Assembly: GCA_022841445.1 (NCBI GenBank)
Contig: JALHRM010000002.1
Span: 25,581 to 89,580 of the forward strand
Origin: Candidatus Saccharimonadota bacterium
Lineage (GTDB): Bacteria; Patescibacteriota; Saccharimonadia; Saccharimonadales; UBA10212
Direction of reading: 5' to 3'
Length of the DNA: 64,000 nucleotides
Shown: in pieces, positions 58,057 to 64,000 of the stretch
Layout of the letters: each line of letters starts with the position of its first letter
Position numbering within the stretch: the first letter of the stretch is position 1
Notes under the pieces: generated by a model
The model's input: only the letters and a program-made list of their open reading frames with translations
The model's database searches: none
Told to the model about the DNA's origin: nothing
Translations under genes and position numbers: made by a program

Positions 58057-58716
58057 GTGTCCAAGAAGTTACTATTTATAGCGGTGCTATTTTGTTCAAT
58101 AATTCTATCTGGTGCTGTGGCTTCAGCGCATGTGGTCGTAAAACCTACCGAAGTTGAAACTGGGGCATTCCAAACATTCACCGTCAGCGTACCAAACGAA
58201 AAAGAAACCGCTGCAACAATTGATCTGAAGCTCGAAATTCCGGCAAGCTTGGAGCATGTATCTCCAACAGTTAAGCCGGGCTGGACTATAAATGTCGATA
58301 AACAAGGTGAGGGTGAAGAAGCGACTGTTAAATCGATCAGCTGGAGCGGGGGAGCTATAGGTGCAGGTTTTCGGGATGACTTTAGTTTTAGTGCTAAAGT
58401 ACCAGAAAAAGCCACCGAATTACGCTGGAATGCCTATCAAACCTACGATGATGGACTAGTCGTGTCCTGGAATATTGACGAGGCTATGCAACCAAAAAAT
58501 ACTGATGGCACGCATGACTTTTCGACTTCAGGACCGTTTTCTGTAACAAAAGTAGTATCAACAACCAATACGACAGAAACGTCCAATTCATCTGAAACAA
58601 ACGATAGCTCAACTAGCTCCAATAACCAAGCCACCATTACGGCTATAGCTGCATTAATCATCAGTTTAATTGCATTGGCGCTGAGCACTAAAAAACCTGA
58701 TAAAAAACAGTCGTAA
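58057..58716 (+). CDS. YcnI/DUF1775 copper-binding membrane protein
   Basis: ASA-HVVV, VSVPNE, KPGW, ISWSGG, AYQTYDDG.VVSW; C-terminal TM. Confidence 0.88.
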   Translation: MSKKLLFIAVLFCSIILSGAVASAHVVVKPTEVETGAFQTFTVSVPNEKETAATIDLKLEIPASLEHVSPTVKPGWTINVDKQGEGEEATVKSISWSGGAIGAGFRDDFSFSAKVPEKATELRWNAYQTYDDGLVVSWNIDEAMQPKNTDGTHDFSTSGPFSVTKVVSTTNTTETSNSSETNDSSTSSNNQATITAIAALIISLIALALSTKKPDKKQS

Positions 58717-58723
58717 GTTGCTG

Positions 58724-59245
58724 CTAAGTGCGAAGTTTAAGATTGACTGTTTGATTGTGGTCAAGTAGTCGGATAATGAGTTCAGCCTCAGAATTCAGCT
58801 TCTTTAACTTCAAATCGACGTTCTTGATAACTTTTTCACCGCTTTTGACGACGATGCGCTGTTCTGATGAAACTTGTTTACCACTACCTGTGATTATTTC
58901 AATTTGGTAGCGATAAATCAGATTTTCGCCTTCGCGGTTGATAATCACAAAAGGTACTTTATAGTTTTGGTTTACTTTGAGTTTATCCGGGAGCTTAGAA
59001 TCATCAAAGTAAATTTCGCTGGTATTACTTACCGGTTTTCCAGTCAATGAACGCCAGCCTGATGTAATTTGATCGGCAAATACGACTGATGGGATACATA
59101 TCGCCAAAACAATCACGGCTGTAACCAAAAGCCTTTTTTTGAATGAAGCCGGTTTTTTAACCTTTTTGGTCGGATTTGATTTATTGAGGCTACCGGCCTT
59201 GGTTGCTTTATCTAACTCAGACGGTTTGCTGGCTTTACTTGGCAT
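58724..59245 (-). CDS. Hypothetical single-TM protein with extracellular beta-sandwich (DUF1616-like)
   Basis: Basic N-terminus, TM, then SEIYF...FVIINREG...YRY. Confidence 0.6.
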   Translation of the reverse strand: MPSKASKPSELDKATKAGSLNKSNPTKKVKKPASFKKRLLVTAVIVLAICIPSVVFADQITSGWRSLTGKPVSNTSEIYFDDSKLPDKLKVNQNYKVPFVIINREGENLIYRYQIEIITGSGKQVSSEQRIVVKSGEKVIKNVDLKLKKLNSEAELIIRLLDHNQTVNLKLRT

Positions 59246-59452
59246 ATTTAAAATAACTCCTGCTTATGTACACCTTAGCACAGTGCTAACGCTCAAAAAA
59301 TTGCTTATGCTGCTTGCATCACGGAGTAACTAATTGCTTTAGTGCGTAGGATTTTCGAATGCCAAACCCCTCAAACAAGTTAATGACACGTGCGTATAGC
59401 CTAACGGACGGATCCTCTCTGACTGAAAACTAACAAATTTTGTTGTACTTTG

Positions 59453-59878
59453 TTAGCGGTGATGGCGCTTTTTGAGTTTTGCAACTTGCAAGCGTACGGT
59501 GTTACGGGTAAGTAGTTGCTGTGCTTCCGATAGTGCAACCTGTGACTTGGCGTCCTTGATGAGTTCACGAGCGCGCTTGACTGCCGCTTCGGCTTCTTCT
59601 TCGGCGATTTCTTCAGCTCTAGCAACATCATCAGCCAAAAATCGCAGCACCTTACCATCGACTTCAATAACTCCACCCATAGTCGCAAAGTGCTCCATAA
59701 CAGAATCGGCATCACTAGCTTGGCGCCGCACACTAATAACACCTGGCGCCGCCACACTCACAAGCGGCATGTGTGATTCAAAGACAGCAATCGATCCGTT
59801 GGCTGTCGGGATGATGACCTCATAGACATCATCATCAAATGCTTTGCCGGTTAACCCTACAAGCTGAAACTTTATCAC
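59453..59878 (-). CDS. atpC: ATP synthase F1 epsilon
   Basis: IPTANG.IAV...H.PLVS, GG.IEV; last gene of atp operon. Confidence 0.93.
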   Translation of the reverse strand: MIKFQLVGLTGKAFDDDVYEVIIPTANGSIAVFESHMPLVSVAAPGVISVRRQASDADSVMEHFATMGGVIEVDGKVLRFLADDVARAEEIAEEEAEAAVKRARELIKDAKSQVALSEAQQLLTRNTVRLQVAKLKKRHHR

Positions 59879-59880
59879 GA

Positions 59881-61326
<1,446 letters not shown>

Positions 61327-61348
61327 TTATTGACTGTCAAAAATTCCA

Positions 61349-62212
61349 TTACTTTATCGCTTCTGCTCCACTAGTAATTTCAGCTAGTTCCTGAGTAATT
61401 GCAGCTTGGCGCGTAGCATTAAGCTCCAGTGTCAGATCATCAACTAGATCATTAGCATTCTTGGTAGCGTTGCTCATAGCCAGCATCCGCATAGCGTGTT
61501 CGCTGGCTGCTGAATCAAGACGAGCCTGCATAAGCTGCGACTGCATATATAACTGGGCGGCACGCTCCAGCACTCGTTCTGGATTTGGCTCAAATTCATA
61601 AACCGGGCCAGTTGGCGAATCTTCGGGCTGAGTAATAGGTAATAGGGTTTGGACCTGCACCTTCTGAGTAAGTGTCGTGACAAACTCAGTAAATATGATT
61701 GTCACGTGTTGGTAGGTTTGCTCCAAGGCAGCGTTGTTGAGTAAATCAAATACCGGACCAAAGACTTCAGGGTCGGGAGTATCTGCTACGTGCTCATATA
61801 CCGCTAGTAAGTTTACATCCGATATTTGTGCAAAAAAGCGCGCACCTTTACGACCAAAAACAGCCACATCAACCGATAAACCATTGGATGCATCTTCCTT
61901 GATAGCTCGTAGCGCAGCATTTTGGACATTGCTGTTAAACGCTCCAGCCAAGCCTCTGTCGCCGGTGTAGATGATGTACAGGCACTTTTTAGCAGCCTCT
62001 GCCTCACGGAAGTATGGGTGCGCGACTGCCTCGGTTGAGCCAGACACCCGCTGCAAGACTCGATAGGCGATCTGACTATAATCACGTGAAGCTTTGGCGG
62101 CCTCTTGCACGCGCCGTAATTTAGACGCGGCAACAAGCTCCATGGCCTTCGTTATCTGTTTGGTGTTTTTCACCGAACGAATGCGGGCTTTTAAAATCTT
62201 CGTGCTTGCCAT
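61349..62212 (-). CDS. atpG: ATP synthase F1 gamma
   Basis: QITKAMELVAASK, DRGLAGAFN, RQAAITQEL. Confidence 0.98.
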   Translation of the reverse strand: MASTKILKARIRSVKNTKQITKAMELVAASKLRRVQEAAKASRDYSQIAYRVLQRVSGSTEAVAHPYFREAEAAKKCLYIIYTGDRGLAGAFNSNVQNAALRAIKEDASNGLSVDVAVFGRKGARFFAQISDVNLLAVYEHVADTPDPEVFGPVFDLLNNAALEQTYQHVTIIFTEFVTTLTQKVQVQTLLPITQPEDSPTGPVYEFEPNPERVLERAAQLYMQSQLMQARLDSAASEHAMRMLAMSNATKNANDLVDDLTLELNATRQAAITQELAEITSGAEAIK

Positions 62213-62219
62213 TGCCTAG

Positions 62220-63764
62220 CTACTGCTCCTTGTCCTCGTAGCCATGAGCGGCTTCTTTGGCGGCTTTGATGACAGCGGCCAGGTCTTTTTCGTCAGGCGC
62301 TTTGCCTTCGTCTAATTTTTCGACCAACGCCTTATGGTGCTGAGAAATACGACTGAAAAGTGCTGCTTGAGCATCCTTAACCTTTTCGACGGGAACTTTA
62401 TCAAAGACACCTTCGTTGGCGGCATATATAGCCGTAACTTGCTGCCAGATAGAAAGCGGACTGTACTGCGGTTGCTTAAGAATCTCAGTAAGTAGTCGAC
62501 CTCGGGACAATCGCTGTTTTGTCTCTTCATCAAGATCACTCGCAAATTGAGAAAAGGCAGCCAATTCACGATACTGCGCCAGACTCAAACGCAGACCCTT
62601 GGCGACGCTCTTGACCGCCGAGGTCTGTGCCGAACTACCAACGCGCGACACCGACAGACCAACTGAAATAGCAGGACGAATCCCTTGGTAAAATAAATCA
62701 GTTTCTAGGTAAATCTGACCGTCAGTAATCGAAATTACGTTAGTTGGAATATAGGCACTGACGTCGCCGGCCTGTGTTTCGATGATAGGTAAGGCTGTCA
62801 GACTGCCGGCTCCAAGATCATCAGAAAGCTTCGCGGCTCGTTCAAGCAGACGCGAGTGAAGATAGAACACATCACCGGGGTAAGCTTCGCGTCCTGGTGG
62901 GCGACGCAGCAACAGTGATAGCTGTCGATAGGCAACAGCGTGCTTACTGAGGTCGTCATACATAACCAGGGCATGCTGCTTGTTGTCACGGAAATATTCG
63001 CCCATAGCGCAACCGGCGTATGGAGCTAAATACTGTAGCGGTGCAGGATCAGCAGCACTCGTAGCGACAACGATAGTTTGCTCCATAACCCCCTCTCGCT
63101 TTAGGCGCTCAACAAGCCGGGCGATCTTGGCGTATTTCTGGCCAACGGCTACATAAATATTGATAACCCCTGTTTTCTGTCGAGCTTGGTTGATCATCGT
63201 GTCGGTGACGATTGCCGTCTTACCGGTTTGACGGTCGCCAATAATAAGCTCTCGCTGCCCGCGGCCGATTGGAATCATAGTGTCGATAGCGGCAATACCA
63301 GTCATCAGTGGTTCATGCACACTCTTGCGCTCAATAACACCTGGCGCCGCGCGTTCAATTTCGCCGGTCAGTTTAGCATTAATTGGTCCCTTGCCGTCCA
63401 GTGGGTTGCCTAGTGGGTCTACGACACGGCCAACAAGTTCTGGGCCAACCGGCACAGATAGCGTTTCGCCGCTCAAGCGCACTTTTGCACCAGCTTTCAC
63501 TTGCTGGTCATTGCCAAGCAGTACTGCTCCAATTTCGTCTTCTAATAGGTTAAGCGCAAAGGCGGTGACCGTCCCACCGTCGATTGTTTCGATTTCTAGC
63601 ATTTCGTTATAGCCACATTCACGGAGACCGTAAATCCACGCCACGCCATCACCAATACGGGTAACAATACCCGATTCGCTGGCATCACCAGAGCTTTTAA
63701 AGTCAGCTATCGTCTGGCGTACTTCTGCCGCCAATGTCGAGGTATCAAGTTCAGTTTTAGCCAT
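62220..63764 (-). CDS. atpA: ATP synthase F1 alpha
   Basis: [34 protein letters not shown]. Confidence 0.99.
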   Translation of the reverse strand: MAKTELDTSTLAAEVRQTIADFKSSGDASESGIVTRIGDGVAWIYGLRECGYNEMLEIETIDGGTVTAFALNLLEDEIGAVLLGNDQQVKAGAKVRLSGETLSVPVGPELVGRVVDPLGNPLDGKGPINAKLTGEIERAAPGVIERKSVHEPLMTGIAAIDTMIPIGRGQRELIIGDRQTGKTAIVTDTMINQARQKTGVINIYVAVGQKYAKIARLVERLKREGVMEQTIVVATSAADPAPLQYLAPYAGCAMGEYFRDNKQHALVMYDDLSKHAVAYRQLSLLLRRPPGREAYPGDVFYLHSRLLERAAKLSDDLGAGSLTALPIIETQAGDVSAYIPTNVISITDGQIYLETDLFYQGIRPAISVGLSVSRVGSSAQTSAVKSVAKGLRLSLAQYRELAAFSQFASDLDEETKQRLSRGRLLTEILKQPQYSPLSIWQQVTAIYAANEGVFDKVPVEKVKDAQAALFSRISQHHKALVEKLDEGKAPDEKDLAAVIKAAKEAAHGYEDKEQ

Positions 63765-64000
63765 TATTTGACAAGTTCCTTTCTTAAATCATTTAACGTT
63801 CGTTTTAAAGACGCATCCCAGCGTTTGGTAGCGGATTCTATGGTCAGACCGCCAATGAGAGACGAATCCTGGATCTCATGGAGGTTAATGTCCTTAACAT
63901 TCAGAAGGCCCTTCAGTGTAGTGACCAGCTCATTGCGAGAATCGTCATTCAATATGCTAACGCTAGTGACCGTAACATCAGCTGCTTCACCCCGAGTTTC
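63764..64000 (-). CDS. atpH: ATP synthase F1 delta (partial; starts beyond the window)
   Basis: D.SLIGGL.I....WDASL C-terminal motif; immediately upstream of atpA. Confidence 0.85.
   Translation of the reverse strand, partial: ETRGEAADVTVTSVSILNDDSRNELVTTLKGLLNVKDINLHEIQDSSLIGGLTIESATKRWDASLKRTLNDLRKELVK

Overview
64-kb chromosomal segment of a small-genome bacterium, most consistent with Patescibacteria/CPR (Saccharibacteria-like). This is inferred from a Tmk-ThyX fusion, N-terminally extended L1 and SecE, a GT4-GH57-GH15 cluster and Cys-poor DnaX/RecR; the genetic code is standard (TGA = stop). It holds core genes (trpS, holB, rpmG, secE-nusG-rplK-rplA, rplJ-rplL, dnaX, dnaB, ybaB, recR, cysS, atpHAGDC), five tRNAs (Thr-UGU, Tyr-GUA, Thr-GGU, Trp-CCA, Gln-UUG), L1 and L10 leader RNAs, a partial purine block (purM, purB, purC, purK, purE) and several accessory modules. 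No CRISPR array, integrase, transposase, reverse transcriptase or rRNA was recognised. The most unusual signals are: (1) an unannotated ~190-nt highly structured intergenic RNA candidate (52456-52650) behind a CRP-family-like box with class II promoter geometry, with a second identically spaced box on the other side of the local crp/fnr gene driving small proteins; (2) tRNA-Gln bracketed by an upstream copy of its own 5' part and a downstream copy of its own 3' part, each separated by hairpin-rich inserts; (3) a HIT-like/APH-kinase fusion next to the purine block; (4) an acyl-CoA ligase plus OpgC-type acyltransferase pair; (5) a pervasive -10-box-just-before-ATG (leaderless) pattern. All product calls come from motif recognition by eye, not database searches.
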